From a virus (taxonomy: Duplodnaviria; Caudoviricetes), in the IMG/VR virus record IMGVR_UViG_3300044618_002542, positions 1 to 59,900 of that record: 59,900 nt of DNA; one strand, 5' to 3'. The number at the start of each line of letters is the position of its first letter. Within the stretch, counting starts at the first letter, position 1. The position numbers were made by a program, and so were the translations under genes. Below the pieces are notes generated by a model. It was given only the letters and a program-made list of their open reading frames with translations, did no database searches and had not been told where the DNA came from. Positions 37,101-45,812 of this stretch are shown one piece after another.

Positions 37101-40100
37101 TTTGGTTCGATTCTAAACTTGCCCGTGGTCAGTCCGTGCGATTCTAACTGCCTGAACATGACTTCTTCTCGGGAATTGGACGGCTTTTTAATCGCGATCG
37201 CATTCCGCTTGATGGATCGAGGTTCTTTCGATTCGAAATCAAACCCGAAAAGCTTTGACATTCCGCTAATCGTGCTTTGTTGCTGGCTAGTCAAGCCTCC
37301 CTTTGTTGGGGATTTCGCGGGACTGCTTTCGGTTGGACTTTTGAAAGCTTTTTCAATTACCTCGTCGGCGTGCTTGCGGTCAAAGTTTATTCCGCTAAAT
37401 CCAACAACTACCCCAACGGTCTCTCCTGACTTGTCTCTGAAAATTAAATGATCGGCGTCCTTTCCTACGTGCATGGTTGCGCCCGGATTTTCTTTCAATA
37501 CGGTTTCAACCATTCTTGAATCAAAAATTCCCTTATTTTTTTTGCTATCGCCAATCAATAGCTGTTTTTCTCCTTTAAGCGACTCCGAAAACTCCCTTCC
37601 GCCAACGATTTTTGCCTCTTCCCTGTGAAATTTCTTGCCAAGAATTTCGTCAATAGTTTTCTTGGCAAGCTCGTTTCCTTCGCTTCCGAGTTTTCTTTTT
37701 TCTAGTGCCTGTTTTTTGGTTTTTTCTGACAGTTTTGTTATGAACCTTCCGTTTGTAAAAAGACCATATTTTTCGAGCGTTTTGAAATGGTTGTATCGAA
37801 GAGAGCTATTCATTTCCGACGCCATGTTTGCGGCCGAAAGCGGCTTACCGCCTTCGGCGTGTTCTTCAGTAAACATTGACGCGGCTTTTTGAGATTCGGC
37901 CTCTTTGGCTTCGCTTTCCTTTGCTCTCTTGATTGAAGATTCGTACTGGGCGTTTTGTAATGCGATTGCGCCTCTGATGCTTTTTGCGGACGATTTCAGG
38001 TGGCTTATTATTTCCGGATTTCCGCCAACAACCGACAGCATTTCGGCCCGCTTTTCCATTAAGTTGGCGTTGTCAGATTCTTCATTCTGGTACTTCTTTC
38101 TCTGCTCCCAATCATTTGCCAAGTCCTTGGACGACTTCCCATAAGACGGATTTTGATTCAGCCACCAATTAACTTCCCTGCGGGAATTTGGGTTTATATG
38201 CTTTTCGAGCGACTGCCTCAGCGAGTCTTCGCTTGGGGCGTGCATTGCGTCAAGCATTTGATTTGAAAACGAACTATTTAATTCCTGCGGCGTTATTTGC
38301 ACGCCCTTTGAATTAAAGAAATCGGCGGCGCCGTGAACGATAGAATTAAATTGATTTTTCCCGGACTGAGTCTGCCTTGAAACCGCTTCACTAAGCGACT
38401 CCGATTTTGGCTCGGCTGCCGCTTCCGTCAATTTTGCCCGCGAAGCATCTACACGAAATGTCCCGTCCTGCCCGTCTGGCTTTACTTCGACGATTTCGCC
38501 GTTATTTAGGACTCGTTGAACGGTTCCTTCGTAAGCGTCTTCCCATTTCTTAGCTGGCTCAACCCTTACCCGTGATCCGTGCCATTTCATTTCGTCACCG
38601 CCGGACTTCCAGGGGGAATTCGTTCTCTGTGTCGCCGGTTCTGGCCGCTTCACCTCTCTCGGCTCCTGGCCAGGCTCGCCTTTCCCCCGGCCGATCTCCC
38701 CGATTTTCTGCCCGTTAAACTTGCCGCCCATCCCGGCGGCGATCGTCCCGTCCTTTTTGCTGATCATCACCGGATGGCCAACGGTTCCAGGTCCGTTCGG
38801 GTGAACGGTGATCCATTGGAATTCCATTTGGCCGGGCGACGATTTGAGCCGGCGCTGGGCGTACTGCTCGACAGTGATCCCAAGAGCCTGGGCCATGTAG
38901 CGATCGATAAACGCTTCGGCGTCTGCCAGGGAGTATTTAACCGGCTCGTCTAGCTTTAATCGGTGCTTCCGGTAGGCCTCAAAAAGCTTGTCAAATGCCG
39001 GGGATATCTTTTCGACTTCGGCGTCGGTTGGCCACAATCCGCCCGACTTGTAAGCCTTTGTTGATATGCCCGCCAAGTATGTATTTTTGCGGCCAGAATT
39101 CTCAAGCTTTGCTTGTATGTGCCGCTCAAAAGTTCTGGCAAAAATTTCTTGGCTTGTGTTCCAGTATTTATTTGCCTTGTCTACGCTGATTTGCTTTTTA
39201 TTGACCATTAACTGCAATTCATCGAACAGCCTGGTTCTGTAACCGCTTGACACCCATGCCGCTTCGAGCCCCTGCATCGCGTCTGATAACGGACTTCCTT
39301 GTATCGATCTCTCGGAAAGAAATGCTTGACGCGATCCCGGCTCCCCCCTTCCCATTTCGTTGTCGAATGCGTGGCCCCATTCGTGGGCAAGCGAACCGAC
39401 CCCGCTTTTTCTTGTAAGGTTGATAACCTTGGTCGATGGCTCGTAATGGGCGAGCGCGTTACCCTTACCCCTTGCGCCCATAGCAAGCCCGAGTTTTCCG
39501 CCTAACCCGACCGCATCGACCGGGAATCCCATGACGCTTGCCAAATCAAGCATCGCGCCGGCGGCCATTTTCGCATGATGCTCTCGCTCGGCGTCGGTGA
39601 CGCTGTTGCCAAACTGGACGCCCCGCAAGCCGGCCTTGTCTATCAAATAATTAAGCGACTCTTTCGCCGTTTTCGCTGGCAATTCCGGCCCGCCGGATCG
39701 CTCGGCCTTTCCGACATAAAGTTCGGCAGGATCAAATTTCTTTTCCCGCTTTTCGCCTTTCCTTCCAAGGACTTGGCTAAACGTTTTCCCTTCGATTATT
39801 TGCATCGCAACATCGGCCGCGGTTCCTTCTGGAACGTCGGTTTTGGATATCCCTGATTGCGAGATAAATTCCTTAACCTTGCTGCTTAAAGAATTCCGCT
39901 TGTAGGTCATCCGAAGGGAGTTTGAATAATTGACAAGGCCGTTGGCGGTGTCGTTCCATCGGCCAAATTGCGTCCTGAGCCTATCTATTTCGCCAGACAC
40001 GGTTTGCGACATAAGGAAGGAAATCCTAACGGGATCGTCTTCGCCGCTCGCCGCTATCTTTTCTGCTTCCGCCTTAACGGTTCGGTAGGCGTCAAGGTAT

Positions 40101-40885
40101 TCGGAACGGTTTTGCTTGGCCTCTTGTTCGGTTAGTGTTCTCGCCTTGTATCCCGGCTTGGGCGGAAATGCTCGTAAAATTTCATTCAGCATGATCACGC
40201 CAATCGGATTCTTATCGGCGTGGTTCGACAGATTGTGTGGTTCGTTTTTTAGCAACTGATCGCGGGTAACAAGCTGCTCGGCCATGCCGTCTCGTTCGGC
40301 GTCTTCGAGCGTTCGCCATTGATTGCGGATATGACGCGCCGACCCCTTGAGGTCTTCGCCGGCGTTTGAAATCGCTGATTTTCTGGCGAATTCGTAGTCC
40401 TCGTCTAGCTTCCGCTGATAGGCTTCCGCATTTTCGCGGGGTGTCTTGTTTTCGTCATAAGTCGGCAGTTCGCCCGGCGCAATGGCTGGAAGTTCCTCGC
40501 CTTTCTTTTCTTCGGCAGGCTCGGCCTTTTCTTCGGGCTCCTTTTCTTCGGGATTTTTTTCTTCGGGCTGTTTTTCCTTGTCTTCCCTTTTCTCGCTTTC
40601 CGCCACGCTTACCGCCCCGCCCGCCCCTGAACCCTCCCTGGGTGCAAACTGCCCGCCCTCGCCCGTTCCGGCCGGGTGCCTGGGGTGTGCGTCCTCGTCC
40701 CATAGCGACTTTTGCCGGGCCGATGTTCTGAGCAGATTTGACTCGGTGGCCGGATCGTCCCATAGGGATAGCTGGCCAGGGGAATTACGGGCTCGGCGTC
40801 GTTCGTATTGTTCGACCGAAACCCCAAGCAGGTCCGCCATGAATCGATCGGTAACGCGGCCCAAAATTTGATCGTAAGCGCCCAC
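34106..40885 (-). CDS. Large polyvalent protein (2259 aa) with an LPD1-like zincin module and internal repeats
   Basis: GVQFGN...LAMGARGKG..AHYEP..INLT...SLAHEWGHAFD...EIFARTFE...WPT..E; WDEDAHPR..GGQF; repeated linkers. Confidence 0.8.
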   Translation of the reverse strand: MGAYDQILGRVTDRFMADLLGVSVEQYERRRARNSPGQLSLWDDPATESNLLRTSARQKSLWDEDAHPRHPAGTGEGGQFAPREGSGAGGAVSVAESEKREDKEKQPEEKNPEEKEPEEKAEPAEEKKGEELPAIAPGELPTYDENKTPRENAEAYQRKLDEDYEFARKSAISNAGEDLKGSARHIRNQWRTLEDAERDGMAEQLVTRDQLLKNEPHNLSNHADKNPIGVIMLNEILRAFPPKPGYKARTLTEQEAKQNRSEYLDAYRTVKAEAEKIAASGEDDPVRISFLMSQTVSGEIDRLRTQFGRWNDTANGLVNYSNSLRMTYKRNSLSSKVKEFISQSGISKTDVPEGTAADVAMQIIEGKTFSQVLGRKGEKREKKFDPAELYVGKAERSGGPELPAKTAKESLNYLIDKAGLRGVQFGNSVTDAEREHHAKMAAGAMLDLASVMGFPVDAVGLGGKLGLAMGARGKGNALAHYEPSTKVINLTRKSGVGSLAHEWGHAFDNEMGRGEPGSRQAFLSERSIQGSPLSDAMQGLEAAWVSSGYRTRLFDELQLMVNKKQISVDKANKYWNTSQEIFARTFERHIQAKLENSGRKNTYLAGISTKAYKSGGLWPTDAEVEKISPAFDKLFEAYRKHRLKLDEPVKYSLADAEAFIDRYMAQALGITVEQYAQRRLKSSPGQMEFQWITVHPNGPGTVGHPVMISKKDGTIAAGMGGKFNGQKIGEIGRGKGEPGQEPREVKRPEPATQRTNSPWKSGGDEMKWHGSRVRVEPAKKWEDAYEGTVQRVLNNGEIVEVKPDGQDGTFRVDASRAKLTEAAAEPKSESLSEAVSRQTQSGKNQFNSIVHGAADFFNSKGVQITPQELNSSFSNQMLDAMHAPSEDSLRQSLEKHINPNSRREVNWWLNQNPSYGKSSKDLANDWEQRKKYQNEESDNANLMEKRAEMLSVVGGNPEIISHLKSSAKSIRGAIALQNAQYESSIKRAKESEAKEAESQKAASMFTEEHAEGGKPLSAANMASEMNSSLRYNHFKTLEKYGLFTNGRFITKLSEKTKKQALEKRKLGSEGNELAKKTIDEILGKKFHREEAKIVGGREFSESLKGEKQLLIGDSKKNKGIFDSRMVETVLKENPGATMHVGKDADHLIFRDKSGETVGVVVGFSGINFDRKHADEVIEKAFKSPTESSPAKSPTKGGLTSQQQSTISGMSKLFGFDFESKEPRSIKRNAIAIKKPSNSREEVMFRQLESHGLTTGKFRIEPNGVSELAIILNDKEKPKSSQYSAADSLVDRFMADLLGLSVEQYAARKLKSSPGQQMFDWITVHPNGAGTKGVPVMIDKKDGTIKAGMGGKFDGMKIGEIGKGGGAKPAEKAAEGKPAESGKPAAEAEKPASGRFIVVSKRQGRFEAEDHTDDIADFKSKRPMGFYKYYDTQTGEWVQPGKRGPVKDKNNRPQYQEVPTSIENILDGSHEQTIAERKGQFAESGDEFSDFDKSQHRKQVRMAMAMGKPVRPEVLADYPDIAPKTSVAKTETQTTPEAADLQARDRFTDSTGQEYEVFKSRFGTVVAHPVINGKPQVNRDSGVTFAINDTAKAKNPDHRTDIKSVSKWQNPDAPGSGAGSGIPEPKSQQDYESIPRFSVYRSGGKFMVKLSENERPFGDEIHPTESEAIKSAEISQRNDLSRKRIAAEQEKKESDAAIKKKSEIDSYKGFLADNPMKFGKSKLALDKLVRSNGKITSKREWVERLHEEGYTPGDDLEFVDPKDNTLSLRATKTEMDYFNHLKSIKKPAPAPAHPFAQSAMKGKIREASGQKMPGEESSSSWYETGKINNYSDDDIRKFYLGRALQTAGKLTAKDFEKGFDSAINSAVSRGDVTDKIANAASVAFDRGKQQAGSKPSPAPNPSTFTPEMVPGQQASLFGGDDMNTGQKSLFNMVRPTKADQRAARKGEAPSASLLEQIDEEEKKRAESRKSLPGQRDMFSADQIDRFLEQYRAGSGTAKKEKKPKTVTGTYGDRGRFITVGEGDEARPVFLPGSVKRIKETGEYRTDNSQEKAKAARKKAKATGGKKFVPVTKLEKAIVEKIGDHPTDVREFRKIVDRTFSEMNSDAQDRLSAIREIMAFAGYGRNAGAFINQVKAARDYDKISRFDQMAQFAQREYPHILAPKMKGAGGDVEGALFALLRDGIPEKLAKDSPEVIDAAWDRSDYERMGTPSEWEEEREERQQDDDFVPFSAGRFAITERYSARVSSPGGSFRPRLTQAIR

Positions 40886-40953
40886 GGCTGGCCTCTAAAA
40901 GCGTAGAGAAATCGGTTCCGAGTAGTGTACCGACCGGGGACGATCGGCACAAA

Positions 40954-42336
40954 TTAAGCAAATCGGGCCGAAAACCGTTCTTCCGGCTTGACCGGTTCGA
41001 ATAGCTTCGGATTCGGCTTGAGCTTCGCCGCCAGAATCCGGGGGATCATGTTGTTGTGTAAAATGAACGGCCGGATATCAACTCCCTGTTGCCGTGCTTC
41101 TTGGATCATCGCGGTAAGTTTTCCAAGGTGATTCGCAACCTGCTTCGGATCGACTCCCGAAACCGCTTGGGATGTCTGCCGAACCCCCATTGCGACGAGT
41201 TTCGGATCGACGCCGCCGGATTCGACATAACCTCCCCACTGACGCGCCGCGGCTTTTCGGATCGAATCGGCGAGCGTATCGCCGGGGGACGGCTCAAATT
41301 CTTGGCCGGATTTGGCCGCCCGCAATCGTTGTTCGGATTGCCTTGATTCGTGGGCCAATTTCGCCCCGTGCATCGCTTGGGCGATCGGTTGGACAATCGC
41401 TTCGGCGTCGTTCGTCCAGGCGATCAGGGGCCGCCGGATCGCTTCGGGGAGGTTGGAATAGTGGAGGGGGTGGGATTTGCTGCCAGGGGTGGGTTCTTTG
41501 ACTTCGCCGGTGGACTGGACCGGTTTCTCTTTGGCCGTTTGGTCGCCCTGCTGCATCGGCAATCGTCCTTCCAGGTCGATCCCAGTACCGCCCCCTGGGT
41601 GCTTCATCGTCTTTTTGGGTATCGCCGCCGGCCGATTTCCAGCCGGCCCCGGCGTCGATTTGACCGGGCTTGGCGGGCCGGTGATTTTCTTCCCGGTCCG
41701 GCCGATTTCGCCGGAATTGGTTAGGAAAAACTGCTGGCCGCCGTCGCCGGTGACGTACCGGCCGCGGTCGCCAAATTTTCCGGTCGTTTGGCCGTCGGCG
41801 GCGTACCGGCTGACCTGCTTATTTATCGGCGCGTTTTGTGTTCCCCGCTCCAGCCAAGCCTTAAATTGACCGATTGTCATTGTGGTCACTGGCCCCAGCC
41901 GCCACCCCTTCGAGTAGCACGCTAGGTAAGCTTTTTTGGCTTCGTCGGTGGTCCTGAACCCGATCAGGGCTTTGTGTTCGTCAAATTGCCCGTTCTGGTT
42001 GACCTGATCGACCACCACAACAATTTCGCTGTCGGTGTCGGGTCCAATAAAAACGTCGAAGTGGTCGCCGTCGTGGCCTTTCGTTCCTTTGACGTACCCG
42101 TAATGTGCGGCAAGTTTTGGCCATCCGGGCTTGCGAGACTCACCCCTGGGAGTCTCGATCGTGATATTCAGTCCGTAGATCCTGACGTGCCCCTTGGCGT
42201 AATTTCCGGCTTCCCGCTGCGCTTCGGTAGGCTTCTGGATTTTGCGTATCACTTCGGGCGACACACCCGCAGAAAACCGGTCGATAATCGCCCTGGCAGT
42301 AAAAGCGGCGGCAATGGCGTGAGCGTTGGATATCAC
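40954..42336 (-). CDS. Protein with the inorganic-pyrophosphatase-like domain found in phage polyvalent proteins
   Basis: PTEAQREAGNYAKGH..GLNITIETPRG..HYGYVKGT.G.DGDHFDVFIGP...FDEHKALIGF. Confidence 0.82.
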   Translation of the reverse strand: MISNAHAIAAAFTARAIIDRFSAGVSPEVIRKIQKPTEAQREAGNYAKGHVRIYGLNITIETPRGESRKPGWPKLAAHYGYVKGTKGHDGDHFDVFIGPDTDSEIVVVVDQVNQNGQFDEHKALIGFRTTDEAKKAYLACYSKGWRLGPVTTMTIGQFKAWLERGTQNAPINKQVSRYAADGQTTGKFGDRGRYVTGDGGQQFFLTNSGEIGRTGKKITGPPSPVKSTPGPAGNRPAAIPKKTMKHPGGGTGIDLEGRLPMQQGDQTAKEKPVQSTGEVKEPTPGSKSHPLHYSNLPEAIRRPLIAWTNDAEAIVQPIAQAMHGAKLAHESRQSEQRLRAAKSGQEFEPSPGDTLADSIRKAAARQWGGYVESGGVDPKLVAMGVRQTSQAVSGVDPKQVANHLGKLTAMIQEARQQGVDIRPFILHNNMIPRILAAKLKPNPKLFEPVKPEERFSARFA

Positions 42337-43787
42337 GGTGAGTAAACCTGAGAAAGTGAAGCGCTGGCCGCGTTCGGCGTGGTGATCCGGATTTTCGCGA
42401 TCGTCCCGTTCTGGCGTGCGAAAGAAAGATCGTATTCCTGTTCGCGGTACAACATTAACTGAGCTAATCCCGTCGAGTCGGTCACATCCTCGATAACCGC
42501 ATTAACGGCCATCGCCCCGGATGCTACCGACCACCCGGCCGGGAATCGGGCTGTTACGGTCACCGATTCGAACGGGCTGCCGGACTGCTTTGCGACGTAC
42601 ACCGAAAGCAGGCATTGAGACGGCGACGGCGGGGTCGGTGCGGGGATCGCGACTAAGGTTTTCGTGACCGTCGCGTCGGCGGAGACTACCAGGGAAGAAT
42701 CTGCGACGGGTTGGTATCCCGGCGGGGGAGTCGTCCGAAGTGTGTAGGTATCGGCGTCGAGATTGATCACCGCGATGCCCGACGAATTTGAGTAGACGAC
42801 TATCGACGTTCCGACGATTGAAAATTTTGTCGCGGGTACGGCGCCGCCGGCCGAAGTGGCTACCAGGGTGATTGCGTAGTCGCCTTCGCCACCGCCGCCG
42901 GAAGGGGCTTGAGATAGTGCCGTCGATTTCCACCGCCACACACCCGTGACCAATTCAAGCATCTGCGAGAATGCGTACATCACCAACCCCATCGTTCCGG
43001 TTGCGGCTGAATACGCACTGGACGCTGCGGACCAAATTCCCGCTGCTACATCCGCGATCGCATGGACGTGGCTTGTTGGGTCGATCAACACTGTATCACC
43101 CGCAACAGGTGCCGTTACCAAAGCCTCTTCGAGGGTGATTGTCAGTGTGCCGTCGCCGTTATTTACGGTCGTTAGAATCGGACTATTTTGCTCTGCCGAT
43201 GTCCCGCTGTTCATCCACAGCACGGAATGCTCAAGGGCTCCCGTCGGGTAATCCGCCCCGCTGATGCGGAACGTCGTCGTCGTTGGCGTCGGGCTCGCTA
43301 GGATCGTGCCTTCGATTACTGTGTTGGATTTCCGCAAGGTGTCCATTAGCTTGCCGAACGTGCCTGCGGTGGTGTGCTGATTGTAGGGCTCGTCCCAAAC
43401 TGCATCCGCATTTGCCGCTGCCGTTGGAGGCGTCGTCGTGTTGGCTCCCAATGCCGCAAGCGATGGGTTGTACGCCACAACTCGATGCTGCTCTGCGTAG
43501 ACACTGCTGTCGGTCAACGCCCCGTAGAATTGCACAAGTGCCCCAAGATTGCCAACAGCGTAAACGCTATCCGCAACGTCGACATAATATTTCCCGCCGC
43601 CAACTTCGAACCAGTTGCCAGAAGTAAGCGTGATCGCAACCGCTGACCCTGTGCCGATTCGATAACTGATCGATAGACCCGAAGCGTTAAAAGCCACGCC
43701 GGTTTTTGGCTTGCTTGTCGCGTCATCAAGAATCAGAATCGTTGCCCGATTGCCCGTTGATCCGTTGAAAATATCTTTTGCGGTCAT
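42333..43787 (-). CDS. Virion structural protein (fibre/appendage-like, Ig-like C-terminal domains)
   Basis: Thr/Ala/Gly-rich; ADAVWDE..HTTAGTFGK repeat type. Confidence 0.6.
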   Translation of the reverse strand: MTAKDIFNGSTGNRATILILDDATSKPKTGVAFNASGLSISYRIGTGSAVAITLTSGNWFEVGGGKYYVDVADSVYAVGNLGALVQFYGALTDSSVYAEQHRVVAYNPSLAALGANTTTPPTAAANADAVWDEPYNQHTTAGTFGKLMDTLRKSNTVIEGTILASPTPTTTTFRISGADYPTGALEHSVLWMNSGTSAEQNSPILTTVNNGDGTLTITLEEALVTAPVAGDTVLIDPTSHVHAIADVAAGIWSAASSAYSAATGTMGLVMYAFSQMLELVTGVWRWKSTALSQAPSGGGGEGDYAITLVATSAGGAVPATKFSIVGTSIVVYSNSSGIAVINLDADTYTLRTTPPPGYQPVADSSLVVSADATVTKTLVAIPAPTPPSPSQCLLSVYVAKQSGSPFESVTVTARFPAGWSVASGAMAVNAVIEDVTDSTGLAQLMLYREQEYDLSFARQNGTIAKIRITTPNAASASLSQVYSP

Positions 43788-43790
43788 CGC

Positions 43791-44600
43791 TTAGTATCCA
43801 AATGTAAAAAAATGAACCGCTGCATTTCCGCCCTTTGTTGGCGGGCCGTTTTTGTAGGGATGGTCATTTGGCAAGCCGCCTTGCAATCCCCACCGCCATG
43901 CCGTGTAGCCCTCGACTTTTTGGCGATCAGCCAACCCGCAAACAATTACCTCGCCTATGTCGCCGGATAAATAGCTTGTCGGTGTCGCTCCGCCAGCGTA
44001 AAGAGACCCAATCGTTGTTCGGTTTGGCGTGATTGCACCAAGCGAATTGCTTGCCAAAGTGCCGGCTGTTCCGTCGCGATAGGGCGTAACTACATTTCCG
44101 CTTCGCGTGCCGCCGAGCAAATACCAAGTATTGTTAGCAAGGCCAGGAATCGAGGTGGAGTTAATTACTCCCGCATCGTCGCGAACGTTGAATTGGCTCG
44201 CGCCAGCATTTTGCGAAACCTGCGGGTTAATTGGCAATGCACTACTATTACTGCGGCAAACAAAGTAGCCGGCCGTTGCAGTCGCTGCATTTGTTGCTCT
44301 GCCAACCACAATCACAGCATGGCTCGTGCCCCACGCCGCAAACGTCGATTCGAGCCAATCGTTACTACCGTCGAATCGCAGCACGTCCAAGCTGTTTTGT
44401 ATCGACGTTTTTCGCAACGGCCTGCTCAACAACGTACCCTGCGTCAAATGCCTAGCGTTGCCGCTTTTGTCCTCGATTCGTGCCACCGCACCATCCGACG
44501 CAACTAGACTTCCGCCGGTCGTCGCGTCGAATAGCGTCGACGCGTCGGCAGCGTCAAGCCAAATGGCGGTTGTAGTGTCTGCTGGCGTCCAAAGTGCCAT
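43791..44600 (-). CDS. LamG/concanavalin-A-like lectin domain virion protein
   Basis: WLDAAD..DKSGNARHLTQ..FDGSND..GDIGEVIV..VEGY.AWRWG..HPYK. Confidence 0.75.
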   Translation of the reverse strand: MALWTPADTTTAIWLDAADASTLFDATTGGSLVASDGAVARIEDKSGNARHLTQGTLLSRPLRKTSIQNSLDVLRFDGSNDWLESTFAAWGTSHAVIVVGRATNAATATAGYFVCRSNSSALPINPQVSQNAGASQFNVRDDAGVINSTSIPGLANNTWYLLGGTRSGNVVTPYRDGTAGTLASNSLGAITPNRTTIGSLYAGGATPTSYLSGDIGEVIVCGLADRQKVEGYTAWRWGLQGGLPNDHPYKNGPPTKGGNAAVHFFTFGY

Positions 44601-45151
44601 TAATCAAACGCCTCTACTGTTGCGTTTTCAATTTCTTCGCCGGTCTTTGTCGCGTCGTCAATCGCTTCGCGTCTCGCTTCGCTTGCTGCGTTGATTCGTG
44701 CGGCTGTTGACGCAATCGCAAGCTCGCGGCCCTTGCGAAATTCAACGTCGCTAATCGTCGGCTGGCTTGCGAATCCTTCGAGCGTCCAACGCGGACGCCT
44801 TTCGACGCCCCAGGATTTCATCGTTTGAACCCTGCTTGGGGTGAACACGGCTGGATCGATTTGACCTAAAGCGTCAAGGATCGCCTGAACCTTTGGCTTC
44901 CCGAAGTCATCACCGCCGATAAGAATCTGGTAGAAGTCCTCGTATCCATTCCGGATCAAAGACTGCTTCATTTCTTTGAGCGTTGACGAATCGAAAACGT
45001 GAGCAATTCGGTTCAGTTGAACCCACGCCGTGTCGTCTCGCGACTTGTCGGCCGGGATTCTGCGTTCGACCGTTTTGAGAAGTTGGTCAAGGATTGCTTC
45101 TGCTGGCTGGGTCCAATCAATCGATTCGGACATTCTGTTCCCTCTGTTCAA
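44600..45151 (-). CDS. Hypothetical protein
   Basis: Operon packing. Confidence 0.65.
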   Translation of the reverse strand: MNRGNRMSESIDWTQPAEAILDQLLKTVERRIPADKSRDDTAWVQLNRIAHVFDSSTLKEMKQSLIRNGYEDFYQILIGGDDFGKPKVQAILDALGQIDPAVFTPSRVQTMKSWGVERRPRWTLEGFASQPTISDVEFRKGRELAIASTAARINAASEARREAIDDATKTGEEIENATVEAFD

Positions 45152-45383
45152 TCTTGACTTCTAGGCAATAGTCGCCGATCAATCGATCGGCTGAGAGTTT
45201 CTTGTAATCGCTTTCAAGCAAATAAAGCCTTTGCTCGACCCTTGAAAATCGACGCCCAAGATTGCACAGCAAGCAGAATAGGAAAATCGACAGACCGATA
45301 TACCAAATCGCCGTCAAGTCCCCGTTAGTTGCGCGAGACAACTCTTCATAGAGTTCCGGGCTCGACGGATTCGGCTGCGACAT
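45117..45383 (-). CDS. Small single-pass membrane protein
   Basis: One hydrophobic segment; GGAGGGG RBS. Confidence 0.55.
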   Translation of the reverse strand: MSQPNPSSPELYEELSRATNGDLTAIWYIGLSIFLFCLLCNLGRRFSRVEQRLYLLESDYKKLSADRLIGDYCLEVKIEQREQNVRID

Positions 45384-45500
45384 CGGTTCCCCTCCACCAT
45401 TGGACCATTCGAAGGATTAGTGTGATCGGGTTTAGATCGTAGGTCGGTGCCGAAATCAACGGCTCAAAAACCCAGCGATACAATAATTCGAAAAAAAACG

Positions 45501-45812
45501 TCATTTTGTTTTCACCAAGCTTTCCAGGTGTTCGACTCGTTCGCGTAAATGCTGACGATCAGCAATACACTCGCTGTTCGCGGTCAGTAATGATTCGAGT
45601 TTTACCTCGATTTTGCTTTTGTAGTCAGAGAAAGCCGACCGCGAATCGACCAAATCCTGCCGCGTCTCTTTTATCTGCGATTCCATCAAGCCGAAGTTGA
45701 CGCGAAACAAAAAGCCGATGGCCCCGGTCAGTGTCGAAGCCCCGACGGCGATTGCCCACGGAACCCATTCGACGATTGACTGCCCTGGGTGCGGAGGTTG
45801 TAAATCGGTCAT
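45501..45812 (-). CDS. Single-pass membrane protein with coiled coil (holin-like candidate)
   Basis: TM segment WAIAVGASTLTGAIGFLF followed by a heptad-like region. Confidence 0.55.
   Translation of the reverse strand: MTDLQPPHPGQSIVEWVPWAIAVGASTLTGAIGFLFRVNFGLMESQIKETRQDLVDSRSAFSDYKSKIEVKLESLLTANSECIADRQHLRERVEHLESLVKTK

Noticed and set aside
36800-38920. Repeat pair as a diversity-generating retroelement TR/VR
   Set aside because: No reverse transcriptase; both copies are in-frame coding and differences are not confined to adenines.
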